Positions 10,628 to 19,395 of a stretch of 64,000 bases of DNA are shown piece by piece. Location: assembly GCA_965198285.1 (NCBI GenBank), contig OZ240251.1:624220-688219 (forward strand), in the 5' to 3' direction. The notes under the pieces were generated by a model, which did no database searches, was not told the origin of the DNA, and saw only the letters and a list, made by a program, of their open reading frames with translations. Both the position numbers and the translations under genes were made by a program. Position 1 is the first letter of the stretch. Every line of letters starts with the position of its first letter. Source of the stretch: Chloroflexota bacterium. GTDB lineage: Bacteria > Chloroflexota > UBA11872.

Positions 10628-11320
10628 CTATCTGGAACTGGGCTTTGGCAGGAACGGAATCAGCGAGCCGGCCAGGGCAGACATGTTTCGGGTCTGAACC
10701 CACACGGTCCCACTGCCCCGGAACTTCATCACCAGGCCCTCGCCACCGCCGATCAGCGACCGGATGCCGCCGACTTTGCCAATGCTGTAGTCCACCCCGT
10801 CGGTGAAGGCCACCATGTGGCCGGTGTCCACCACCAGTTCGGAGCCGTGCGTGACTTGCAGTTCCTTAACCGCACCGTAGGAGTCGAACCAGATCGTGCC
10901 GCCACCACTGTTGGAGGAGGCCCGCAGGAGGAACAGACCCTCTCCGCTGAATAAGCCGCGACCTCCCGAGAAGCTGGTGTCCAGTTCCACGTCGTCTGTG
11001 GAGGCCAGGAAGGAGCCTGATTGAACGATGAGGTTTTCGCCAACGCCCAACTCATGACCCACGATGTCACCCGGCGCGGGCGGCGAGAGACTCACCCAGC
11101 CGTTGCCGGGGCCGTGGCAGGTGAAGGTATTCACGAAGAACGACTCGCCGCCGACCATGCGCTTCAGGCCGCCCATCAGCCCGCCGCCGCCCATGCCGGT
11201 GGTCATCTCCATGTCCTGCTGGGCCACCATGGCCCCCGGCTCCGCCTTCACCGACTCGCCGCTGGACAGCTCCAGCGTCAGCATGGTGTAGGCAGGACTG
11301 TACTCGATCTCGGTCCGCAT
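10628..11320 (-). CDS. AIM24/DUF124 family protein (TIGR00266)
   Basis: MRTEIEYSPAYTMLTLELSSGESVKAEPGAMV...GLKRMVGGESFFVNTFT...GEGLFLLRASSNSGGGTIWFDSYGAV...VDTGHMVAF. Confidence 0.8.
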   Translation of the reverse strand: MRTEIEYSPAYTMLTLELSSGESVKAEPGAMVAQQDMEMTTGMGGGGLMGGLKRMVGGESFFVNTFTCHGPGNGWVSLSPPAPGDIVGHELGVGENLIVQSGSFLASTDDVELDTSFSGGRGLFSGEGLFLLRASSNSGGGTIWFDSYGAVKELQVTHGSELVVDTGHMVAFTDGVDYSIGKVGGIRSLIGGGEGLVMKFRGSGTVWVQTRNMSALAGSLIPFLPKPSSR

Positions 11321-11413
11321 ATATGAATCTCCAGGTTCGACCTCTACAGCCAGTGTAGGCGCGGCCGGCCCGGCCGGGCGCGCACCGAGCACCCCTAGGC
11401 GAGGCGCCGGTTC

Positions 11414-11665
11414 CTAGGCGTGAACGGTCTCCGTCGAAACCTGGGCGGCCGGCAGATTCCATGTGAAAGCGCTCTGCGCGACCGGCTCGCCGCCGAGGTC
11501 CTCGTAGGTCGCTTCCCAGGCCTGAATCGCGTTCAGTACGTTTCGCCGAAGCTCGTCAAGATCCTCGCCTTGCGCTACGCAGCCGGGAAGTTCATGAACC
11601 TCGGCCCAGAAACCACCCTCGTCGGGCTCGGCCTCATAGACCGCAACGGTGTACGAATGCAGCAT
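11414..11665 (-). CDS. hicB: HicB-family antitoxin
   Basis: 83 aa; MLHSYTVAVYEAEPDEGGFWAEVHELPGCVAQGEDLDELRRNVLNAIQAWE, a UPF0150/HicB fold. Its start overlaps the upstream hicA stop (ATGA). Confidence 0.7.
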   Translation of the reverse strand: MLHSYTVAVYEAEPDEGGFWAEVHELPGCVAQGEDLDELRRNVLNAIQAWEATYEDLGGEPVAQSAFTWNLPAAQVSTETVHA

Positions 11666-11880
11666 CAGAGCGCCTCCTCAAACTCGGCGACGCTGACCTC
11701 GGCCCGACGAATCAGCTTCCGAAGCAGCCCCACTTTGAGCGTGCCAGATGGTATCGATAGCAGGGTCCCGTTGGGCATGGTCACCATCCGGTAATTCTTG
11801 CGGGTCCGGCGCTCCATACCACCGAGCCGGACAAAGGCCCTTGCCGCATCGGCCTGTTTGACGTTTCGAAGAGGGGGCAT
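11665..11880 (-). CDS. hicA: HicA-family mRNA interferase toxin
   Basis: ~71 aa from the internal ATG; ...KQADAARAFVRLGGMERRTRKNYRMVTMPNGTLLSIPSGTLKVGLLRKLIRRA (YcfA/HicA-like), immediately upstream of hicB. Confidence 0.6.
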   Translation of the reverse strand: MPPLRNVKQADAARAFVRLGGMERRTRKNYRMVTMPNGTLLSIPSGTLKVGLLRKLIRRAEVSVAEFEEAL

Positions 11881-12253
11881 GCCTCCGCCTGTCCTGCCAG
11901 ATGGCTCTCGCGCTTCAAGGCAACGCCGCCCGTGTAACTCATTGCCGGGGGCATGAGGGTGCCACTGGCTCCTGAGCTCAGCAAGCACGTTATACCGACT
12001 CTCGCAGGTCGTGATGGTGAGGATTGCTCCACAGTTCGCGTACCTAGCGACCGGGGCGTTGCGATCTTTGCAGTCGTCTCGGCTGTGAGTTGCAGAGGCT
12101 TCCAGTCCCGTCTACGCCGGCCCCAGATAACGATCCATATCCGTCCCTTCCGCCGGCCGCGTCGAATGAGGTGGGCGCACGACCGACTGACAGCCCCCCA
12201 TCCGTGCGTAACAATCAATCCAGCTTTCGTCGGCTCACCTGGAGAGGTTTCCC

Positions 12254-13009
12254 GTGCAGTTCCCCAACCCCGTCCGTCAGAAGATTCAGGCTGGCCAGCC
12301 CTCCTACGGTTCGTTTCTGAACCTGGTCTCGGCCATCGCCGCCGAGGCGCTCATCGAAGCCGGCTACGAGTGGCTGGCCGTGGACGTGGAGCACGCCCAG
12401 TGGGATATCGGCACTACCACCGAGGCCTTCCGCGCGACTGAAGCCCGCGGCGGGATTCCCATGGCGCGCGTGCAGTCGCACGACCCCGTCGTCCTGGCCC
12501 GCACACTCGACGCGGGTGCCATGGGCGTCATCATTCCGCACGTCAGCACGGTCGAAGAGGCCGAGGCCATCGCCCAGGCCTGCCGCTACCCGCCGCGCGG
12601 TCAGCGCTCCGCCGGCTCTGGCCGCGCCACCATCAACATGGCCCACCGCGACCGCATCAACGATGAACTCCTCGTCTGCCCGCAGATCGAGGACATGGAA
12701 GGCGTCAACAACATCCAGGCCATCATGGCCGTGGAGGGCATCGACGTGGCCTTCATCGGCCCGAACGACCTGGCTCTATCCATGGGGCTGAGCTCCGCCG
12801 ACGCCTTTGTCAACGCCGACCACGTGGCCGCCATCGACGCGATCCTGGCCGGGGCACAGGCCAACGGCAAGCCCGCCGGCACGCCGATTTCGGACGTGGC
12901 CAAGGCCCGCGAACTGGTTGAGCAGGGGTTCACCCTCATCGACTTCGGCAACGACCTGCGCATGCTGAGCACCGCCGCCAGCGACGCCCTGGCGGGCATG
13001 AAGGCCTAG
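12254..13009 (+). CDS. HpcH/HpaI family 2-keto-3-deoxy-acid aldolase
   Basis: 251 aa; ...SFLNLVSAIAAEALIEAGYEWLAVDVEHAQWD...GVIIPHVSTVEEAEAIAQACRYPPRGQRS...CPQIEDMEGV. Confidence 0.8.
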   Translation: MQFPNPVRQKIQAGQPSYGSFLNLVSAIAAEALIEAGYEWLAVDVEHAQWDIGTTTEAFRATEARGGIPMARVQSHDPVVLARTLDAGAMGVIIPHVSTVEEAEAIAQACRYPPRGQRSAGSGRATINMAHRDRINDELLVCPQIEDMEGVNNIQAIMAVEGIDVAFIGPNDLALSMGLSSADAFVNADHVAAIDAILAGAQANGKPAGTPISDVAKARELVEQGFTLIDFGNDLRMLSTAASDALAGMKA

Positions 13010-13020
13010 CGCCGGCGCCG

Positions 13021-14040
13021 ATGAACTACGTCACCAATGCCAAAGTCGCGGTCATGGGCGCCGCCGGCGCCGTGGGTTCCAACATCGTCCAGTCGCTGCT
13101 GGCCACCGGCGCCGCCAACCGGATCGCCATGTACGACCCGTTCGGACCTGGCCTGGAAGGCGCGGCGGCGGAGATTCATCACTGCGGGTTCCCCAATGCC
13201 GAGGTCACCTGGACGACAGACGCGTCGGAAGCGCTGGCGGGCGCGGCCTATGTGCTCAGCTCGGGGGGCGCCCCGCGCCGTGAGGGCATGACCCGCGAAG
13301 ACCTCCTGCGCGGCAACGCCGAGATCGCCGCGCAACTGGGCCGCGACATTGCCGCCAACGCGCCGGACGCGCGGCTGGTCGTGATCGTCTTCAACCCCGC
13401 GGATATCACGGGGCTGGTTACGTTGGTGCACTCCGGGCTGCCCGCGGGACGTGTCACCACGCTGGCGGCCCTGGACAGCACCCGCCTACAAACCCGGCTG
13501 GCCGAGCACTTTGGCGTAGCCCAGCATCGCGTCAGCGGCTGCCGCACCTACGGCGGCCACGGACAGGAGATGGCGCTCTACAAGACCGAGACTCGCATTG
13601 ACAGCGTGCTGCTGAACGACGTCATCGCCGGTGCCGCCACCGTCAACGGCGTCGGGCTGGACGCCGACGGCTGGGCTGGTATTCGTGAGGACGTGCTGGA
13701 TGGCGGCTCGCGCATCATCAAGCTGCGCGGACGCTCGTCGTTCCAGTCGCCAGGCCACCTGACGGCCATGATGGTGCATGCCGCCGCCGGCGGCTCGTCC
13801 TTCGAGTGGCCCTGCGGTGCCTACCTGACAGGCGAGCCCTACGAACGCGTGATGATGGCCATGCCGGCGGACCTTGGGTCGGACGGCGTGGCCTGGTCCA
13901 TCCCGGAGGGTGACGCCGCCGAACTGGCGGAACTCGACGCCGCCTACGCCCACCTGCAGGCGCTGCGCGACGAGACCATTGGCATGGGCATCATTCCACC
14001 CATCGACGAGTGGTCGTCCGTCAACCCCAACCTGGCCTGA
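13021..14040 (+). CDS. malate/L-lactate dehydrogenase family oxidoreductase
   Basis: MNYVTNAKVAVMGAAGAVGSNIV (Rossmann)...NPADITGLV...HGQEM. Confidence 0.8.
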   Translation: MNYVTNAKVAVMGAAGAVGSNIVQSLLATGAANRIAMYDPFGPGLEGAAAEIHHCGFPNAEVTWTTDASEALAGAAYVLSSGGAPRREGMTREDLLRGNAEIAAQLGRDIAANAPDARLVVIVFNPADITGLVTLVHSGLPAGRVTTLAALDSTRLQTRLAEHFGVAQHRVSGCRTYGGHGQEMALYKTETRIDSVLLNDVIAGAATVNGVGLDADGWAGIREDVLDGGSRIIKLRGRSSFQSPGHLTAMMVHAAAGGSSFEWPCGAYLTGEPYERVMMAMPADLGSDGVAWSIPEGDAAELAELDAAYAHLQALRDETIGMGIIPPIDEWSSVNPNLA

Positions 14041-14046
14041 TCTCGA

Positions 14047-14505
14047 TTAGCTGAGAATTCGCAGCACCTCTTCGGGCATCAGCCGCCCGATGTTGGTGGC
14101 GCTGTACACCGCGTGCTGCACCACGCGGTTCGCGTCCAGTATGAACGCGCTGGCCTGGTGCGACTGCCGGTCCTCGTTCCGGTAGGCCCCCAACGCGTCC
14201 ACCGAGTCGGGATAGGCGAGATCACCTACCAGTGGCACGTCCAACTGCAGCCGCTCGCGCAGCCCGGCCGAGTCCGCCGCCGAGTCGACCGACAGGCCCA
14301 CCACCTGCACGCCCAGCGCCGTGAACGCATCCAGTACGTAGCTGTAGGCGGCCAACTGCCGCCGACAATGCGATCACCAGTGGCCGCGATAGAACAGCAG
14401 CACCGCCGGTGCGGCGTCCAGGTCGTCGGCAATCCGGGCCGGCGAGCCGTCGGCCCAGCGCCCCGTCAGGTCGGGAAATTGGTCACCGGGATTCAGTCGC
14501 GTCAT
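14047..14505 (-). CDS. Candidate selenoprotein: thioredoxin-fold redoxin (Prx-like) with a UxxC motif
   Basis: Minus-strand translation from ATG 14505 gives MTRLNPGDQFPDLTGRWADGSPARIADDLDAAPAVLLFYRGHW-[TGA]-SHCRRQLAAYSYVLDAFTALGVQVVGLSVDS.... The TGA (14376..14374) sits where the first Cys of the redoxin CxxC motif is expected. Ten nt downstream is a perfect hairpin GGCGGC-AGUUG-GCCGCC (14363..14347) compatible with a bacterial selenocysteine insertion element. Confidence 0.6.
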
Positions 14506-14659
14506 GACGGCGGTCCACACGAGCGCAGCGCCTCCGCAGCGTGGCGGCTGGTTGACCGGCGGTCAAACTCGGTGGGCCAGTCCGCGATGCTGCGCTTCCC
14601 GTGGCCGCTCCGGTCTGCCAGAATCGGTCAGCCGGCAGTTCCCCGCGTGAGTAAACCCT

Positions 14660-15004
14660 ATGGCGACCAATTCCGAGCCCACCGTTGTGGCCTACCTCAA
14701 GCCCGTCTGCGGCTGGAGCGCCGGCGTCCGCGCCGTGCTCGACAAGTACAGCCTGGCCTACGAGGACAAGGACATCATCAACGACGCCAGCAGCTACTAC
14801 GAGATGGTTGCCAAGAGCGGCCAGCCGCTCTCTCCCTGTGTCGTGGTAGATGGCCGCATGCTGGCTGACGTCAGCGGCGAGGAAGTCGAAGCCTGGCTGG
14901 CCTCCAAGGGCTACATCCAGCAAAACAACCTCCCCACCCCCGTCCCCATCGACCAGGCCTGCGCCGACGAAGTCCACGCCGCCAGCGTCGTCTTCGAGGA
15001 GTAG
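14660..15004 (+). CDS. glutaredoxin-like protein (CGWS motif)
   Basis: 114 aa; VVAYLKPVCGWSAGVRAVLDKYSLAYEDKDI...CVVVDGRML has a Grx-like thioredoxin fold. It is divergent from the candidate selenoprotein gene. Confidence 0.65.
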   Translation: MATNSEPTVVAYLKPVCGWSAGVRAVLDKYSLAYEDKDIINDASSYYEMVAKSGQPLSPCVVVDGRMLADVSGEEVEAWLASKGYIQQNNLPTPVPIDQACADEVHAASVVFEE

Positions 15005-15202
15005 CAAGGCCAAGAATAGGTTTCTTCGGCGACGCCGCGGTCGTCGAGGTAAGCGCTCCTGATCCGAAGAGCTGATAGCGTGCAGGGCCAACGAGTGCGT
15101 GCGTGCCGCGTACCTCTGGGGTATATTACTCTGGAAGTAGGTGCTTCCTCGGCGAGCTTGCCGTAGAGAGGGCACGACTTGGCGCGCGTTCCGATAACTG
15201 TA

Positions 15203-15526
15203 ATGGGATTTCACTGTGAGCGCTGTAGCCACGAGTGGATTCCTCGAAGCCCCGATTCGAATCCACGGGTCTGCCCCAGTTGCAAGAGCCCCTATTGGGA
15301 TACGCCGAGAAAGTCGGGTTCGGCAACGACGTATGGCGAATTCAGAAGGCGAATAAAGAGAGTACTGGAGCGCAACACAGATGGACTGTCTTGGACGGAA
15401 GTACGTACGGCGTCGAGACTACCCCAGATCTTACCAAATAACGCTTGGGTGCGGAGGCTTGGAGGCGATATCGGGCTCGAAAGGACGCGGGAGCGAGGGT
15501 CCATGATCTGGCGGCTCAAGGCCTAG
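15203..15526 (+). CDS. hypothetical zinc-ribbon protein (low-GC island)
   Basis: MGFHCERCSHEW...CPSCKSPYW (CxxC...CxxC), then a basic, possibly DNA-binding tail. Local GC is ~52% against ~67% nearby. Confidence 0.4.
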   Translation: MGFHCERCSHEWIPRSPDSNPRVCPSCKSPYWDTPRKSGSATTYGEFRRRIKRVLERNTDGLSWTEVRTASRLPQILPNNAWVRRLGGDIGLERTRERGSMIWRLKA

Positions 15527-15543
15527 CCTCGAGTGTTGAGCCA

Positions 15544-16002
15544 GTGATTGAAACGAAAGAACTAAACCCGGCCTTTTATACCGTAGGATATGAGGGTCGT
15601 TCCATCCAGGAATTGATCGATGCTCTGGAGCAGAATGCCATTAGCACAGTAATAGATATTCGCTTTTCACCTGTTAGTAGATTTCGGCCAGAGTTCAGTA
15701 AGCGAAACCTCGCTTCGCTCCTGCGATCTAGCGGTATCGACTACGTTCACTATCGCGATCTCGGCGTACCACGGGACATTCGAGATCAGGCCTTCCATCT
15801 GGGCAAGCGCGAATTCATCTGGGAGTGGTATGAGACGAATGTTGTTCGGAGACACGCGGTTCGCAATCTCCATTGGTTTTTCAACTGTGCAGACCACCCC
15901 GTAGCGCTTCTCTGCATGGAAGCCGACTCTCGAACTTGCCACCGGCACAGGTTGGCTGGGGCGCTTGAGCGCGTGTCGGGGCTGAAGTTCGTGGACATCT
16001 GA
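15544..16002 (+). CDS. DUF488 family protein
   Basis: VIETKELNPAFYTVGYEGRSIQELIDALEQNAISTVIDIRFSPVSRFRPEFSKRNLASLLRSSGIDYVHYRDLG...ALLCMEADSRTCHRHRL; the conserved C-terminal C-x-E-x5-CHR motif of DUF488 is present. A GTG start is assumed. Confidence 0.6.
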   Translation: MIETKELNPAFYTVGYEGRSIQELIDALEQNAISTVIDIRFSPVSRFRPEFSKRNLASLLRSSGIDYVHYRDLGVPRDIRDQAFHLGKREFIWEWYETNVVRRHAVRNLHWFFNCADHPVALLCMEADSRTCHRHRLAGALERVSGLKFVDI

Positions 16003-16019
16003 CGTCCGAGGGCTCAGAA

Positions 16020-16814
16020 ATGCTTGAATGGGAGACTCAGAGGATTCTCATAACGGTACGCACCTATCCGGTCCCGGCATGGCACGGCGGAGAAATCTCG
16101 TGCACCGCAGGCATCTCGGGGGCGGGGAAATGGATCCGGCTTCATCCTGTTCCCTACAGGCTCATTGACAAGGATCAGAGATTCAAGAAATACCAGTGGA
16201 TTGAAGTATCTCTGAAGAAGTCTGAAGACCCTCGTCCTGAAAGCTTCACTCCCAATCTAGATGACTTGCGAGTTGTCTCTGACGTGCTGGGGACCGGTAA
16301 CTCATGGTCTGATCGACGCGCAGTGGTGACGCCACACAGAGATGTTTCAATGTGCAACCTTCAGCGCATAAGCAGCCGTCTTGAGGGTCCAACCCTGGGA
16401 TTTGTACGCGCACGCCAAATACGCCGGCTTGAGATTGAGGCAGCAGATCCAAACTGGCGCGAAGACCAGCTCGCCAGGCTCAGTCAGCGAAGCATGTTCG
16501 TTAAGTCAGCGACAGAAATGCTGGAGAAGATTCCGTTTAAGTTTAGCTATCACTATTTTTGTGACGATTCGGACTGCAGTGGTCACGCGATGGGGTGCAA
16601 TGACTGGGAGATGTTACAGGCATACCGTCGGTGGTCGGCCGAATATGGTGAGAAATGGGAGTCTGCGTTCCGAAACAGGTTTGAGTATGAAATGTCGGAG
16701 ATAGGGGACACGCACTTCTTTGTCGGAACTCACAGTCAGTATCCCAAAACGTGGATGATTGTGGGTATTTGGTATCCGCCGAAAACTGCGTATATGGACC
16801 AACTGTTAGGCTAG
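16020..16814 (+). CDS. hypothetical protein with a Cys-rich segment (low-GC island)
   Basis: 264 aa with no recognisable family; ...FKFSYHYFCDDSDCSGHAMGCNDWE.... The ATG at 16020 has a plausible spacing from the preceding gene. Confidence 0.5.
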   Translation: MLEWETQRILITVRTYPVPAWHGGEISCTAGISGAGKWIRLHPVPYRLIDKDQRFKKYQWIEVSLKKSEDPRPESFTPNLDDLRVVSDVLGTGNSWSDRRAVVTPHRDVSMCNLQRISSRLEGPTLGFVRARQIRRLEIEAADPNWREDQLARLSQRSMFVKSATEMLEKIPFKFSYHYFCDDSDCSGHAMGCNDWEMLQAYRRWSAEYGEKWESAFRNRFEYEMSEIGDTHFFVGTHSQYPKTWMIVGIWYPPKTAYMDQLLG

Positions 16815-16869
16815 ATGAAAGTGCTAGAAAAAGGCGACAGTGTGTGTTTACTGTAGTTATGAGTTCAGT

Positions 16870-19392
16870 TTACGTCCGAAGCTCCGCCCCCAGCCTGTGC
16901 TGCAGCGCCTTTACCACCCGCGTATGCGCCCGGTCCGCCTGCTTGTCCGTCAGCGTCCGGTCCGGCGCGGCGTAGCTGAGCGCATAGGCCAGGCTGCGTT
17001 TGCCGGCGGGGATTTGCTCGCCGCGGTACTCGTCGAAGAGTCGAGCGGACTTGAGCAGCGGGCGGCCCGCGCGCTGGATCGCTTCGTACACCTCGGCCTG
17101 CGTCACCTCGGCGTCCACGACGATCGCCAGGTCGCGCAGCGCGGATGGATATTCCGACCAGGCGCTGAAGGCCGGCGGCCCGGCCGAGGCTGCGCGCACG
17201 GCGGGCATGTCCACCAGCAGTGCCCAGGCCCGTTCGTCCAGGTCGAAGGCAGCGGCGACCTCGGAATCCACCTCGCCGTAGGCGGCCACAACGCGACCTC
17301 GGTAAGTCACGGCGGCCGCGGCGCCGGGGGCGAAGGTGGGGTGCTGCAGGTCGTCGTGGTTGACCTCGGCGGCGGGCACGCCTGAGCGCGTCAGCAGTTC
17401 ATCGAGCACGCCGCGCACGAACGGTAGTTCCACGGACCGGGTTTCGTCCCAGCGGTCGGCGCTGATCCGTTCGCCGACTACGGCCGTAAGGAAGTTCGGT
17501 TCTTCCGGCAGGTCGCCGTCGCGCGCCAGGAACGAGGGCTGGTAGTCGAACAGCAGCAGGTCGCGGTCGGCGTGCCGGCGGTTAGCGCGCAGGGTTTCCA
17601 GCATGGTGCCCAGCCCGGTCAGCCGCAGGGCGTTCTCGTCCATCGACAGCGGGTTGCGCAGCCGCAGCGGCTCGCGGTCCAGCGGCAGTAGCCGGTCGGC
17701 CAGGGCCCGTCCGGCGTCGTTCATGCCCGACTCGCGCACTACGGCCCATGCGTCGGCATCGCCCAATGGCGCCTCCAGAGAGGCGTCCAGCAGGTCCGGC
17801 GGCACCAGCCGCGCCATGCGCGCCTCGCTGGTCAGGGCGTAGGTCACGCACTCGGAAAAGCCCAGGCCCGCCATCACGTCGCGCGCCTCGTCGTCGCGTT
17901 CGTCGATCTCGCCCGGCGCCAGGTCCATCACCTGGCCGGTGGGCAGGGTGTCGGGGATGCGCTCGTAGCCGACCAGGCGCGCGACTTCCTCAATCACATC
18001 CGCCGGCGCGGTCACGTCGCGGCGCCAGAACGGCGGTGTGACGCACAGATCGTCGCCGTCCTCGTCGACAGCGAACTCCAGCGCATCCAGCGCCTGCCGG
18101 ACCTCGGCGCGGTCGTAGGCCACGCCCATCAAACGCTCGATGCGGTCGAACTCAAGCAACACCGGCGCTGGATCTGAGGGGGCCGGGTAGGCGTCGGCGG
18201 AGAGGAACTCGCCCTGGCCGGCGCCGATCTCCTCGATGAGTTGCACGCAGCGACGCAGGGCCAGCACGGTCAGTTCCGGCGGCAGGCCCTTCTCGAAGCG
18301 GCGCGAGGCTTCGCTGCGTAGGGTCAGGCGGTGCGCCGTGCGGCGGATGCTGACCGGATCGAAGGTGGCCGACTCCAGCAGGACCGTTGACGTCGTGTCG
18401 TTGACCTCGGTAGCCAGGCCGCCCATCACGCCCGCCAGGGCCACCGGGCCCTCGGCGTCCACGATGCAGAGCGTTTCAGGCGTCAGCTCCCGGTCCTGCC
18501 CGTCCAGAGTCACCAGGCGTTCGCCGGGCCGGGCCGTGCGAACCCCGATGAACCCGCCGCGCACCTGTTCCCAGTCGAAGGCGTGCAGCGGCTGGCCCAG
18601 TTCCAGCATCACGTAGTTCGTCGCGTCCACGATCGTGCTGATCGGGCGGACACCCGCCTGTTCCAGGCGGTCCCGCATCCAGGCCGGAGATTCGCCCACG
18701 CGCACGTCGCGAACCAGCGCGGCCGAGTAGCGGGCGCAGAGCGCGGGGTCCTCGATCTGGAGTTCTACCGGCGGGCTCGACCCGTCCTCACTCGGTCGAG
18801 CGTCCGGGATGGGCGAACGGACCTGGGTTCCGTAAAGCGCCGCCGCCTCGCGCGCGATACCCAAAACGGAAAGCGCGTCCGGGCGGTTGGCCTTGAGTTC
18901 GAACTCCAGCACCTCGCCGCCCAGCGCCTCCGCCAGCGGACGGCCCAGCGGCGCGTCGGGGTCCAGGATCAGGATGCCTTCGTGGTCGTCGCTGATGCCC
19001 AACTCTTTGGAGGAGCACAACATGCCGCGCGAGACCACGCCCCGGATCCGTGTGGGCTTCAGTTCCTTAAGCACCGGCTCGTCGGCGTAGGGGTCCCAGA
19101 GACGGGCGCCGGTGGGGGCGAAGGCAATTCGGTCGCCCACCTTGAAGTTCCAGGCGCCGCAGACCACCTGGACTTCCTCGCTTCCCGTGTTCACGGTCGG
19201 CAGGTTCAGGCGGTCGGCGTTGGGATGGGGATCGATGCGCACGACCTCGCCCACCACCACGCGGTCCCAGTGCTCGCCGGCGCGGTGGATGGCCCCAACC
19301 TCGAATCCCGCGTTGGTCAGGCGTTGCGCCACGTCGTCAACTGACGCGTCGATCCCGGCCAGTTCGCGTAACCATGCGATGGGAACCCGCAT
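16870..19392 (-). CDS. pheT: phenylalanine--tRNA ligase beta subunit
   Basis: 840 aa; MRVPIAWLRELAGIDASVDDVAQRLTNAGFEVGAI...VVVGEVVRIDPHPNADRLNL (tRNA-binding domain)...B3/4 and B5 regions. Confidence 0.95.
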   Translation of the reverse strand: MRVPIAWLRELAGIDASVDDVAQRLTNAGFEVGAIHRAGEHWDRVVVGEVVRIDPHPNADRLNLPTVNTGSEEVQVVCGAWNFKVGDRIAFAPTGARLWDPYADEPVLKELKPTRIRGVVSRGMLCSSKELGISDDHEGILILDPDAPLGRPLAEALGGEVLEFELKANRPDALSVLGIAREAAALYGTQVRSPIPDARPSEDGSSPPVELQIEDPALCARYSAALVRDVRVGESPAWMRDRLEQAGVRPISTIVDATNYVMLELGQPLHAFDWEQVRGGFIGVRTARPGERLVTLDGQDRELTPETLCIVDAEGPVALAGVMGGLATEVNDTTSTVLLESATFDPVSIRRTAHRLTLRSEASRRFEKGLPPELTVLALRRCVQLIEEIGAGQGEFLSADAYPAPSDPAPVLLEFDRIERLMGVAYDRAEVRQALDALEFAVDEDGDDLCVTPPFWRRDVTAPADVIEEVARLVGYERIPDTLPTGQVMDLAPGEIDERDDEARDVMAGLGFSECVTYALTSEARMARLVPPDLLDASLEAPLGDADAWAVVRESGMNDAGRALADRLLPLDREPLRLRNPLSMDENALRLTGLGTMLETLRANRRHADRDLLLFDYQPSFLARDGDLPEEPNFLTAVVGERISADRWDETRSVELPFVRGVLDELLTRSGVPAAEVNHDDLQHPTFAPGAAAAVTYRGRVVAAYGEVDSEVAAAFDLDERAWALLVDMPAVRAASAGPPAFSAWSEYPSALRDLAIVVDAEVTQAEVYEAIQRAGRPLLKSARLFDEYRGEQIPAGKRSLAYALSYAAPDRTLTDKQADRAHTRVVKALQHRLGAELRT

Positions 19393-19395
19393 GGC

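Noticed and set aside
14047-14505. Alternative explanation of the in-frame TGA/TAG/TAA codons (redoxin, proteasome-like gene, hicA) as a non-standard genetic code
   Set aside because: Many well-conserved genes here end on TAG (recA), TGA (prs, nuoF) or TAA (giant gene 1, hicA tail) at the expected positions, so all three are genuine stops. Only the TGA at the CxxC site has a specific recoding rationale.
15100-16860. Low-GC islands (15.1-16.9 kb, 50.7-53.8 kb, 57.3-58.6 kb) as intact mobile elements
   Set aside because: I found no integrase, transposase, recombinase or clear att direct repeats in any of them. They are reported as compositional islands, not as mobile_element features.
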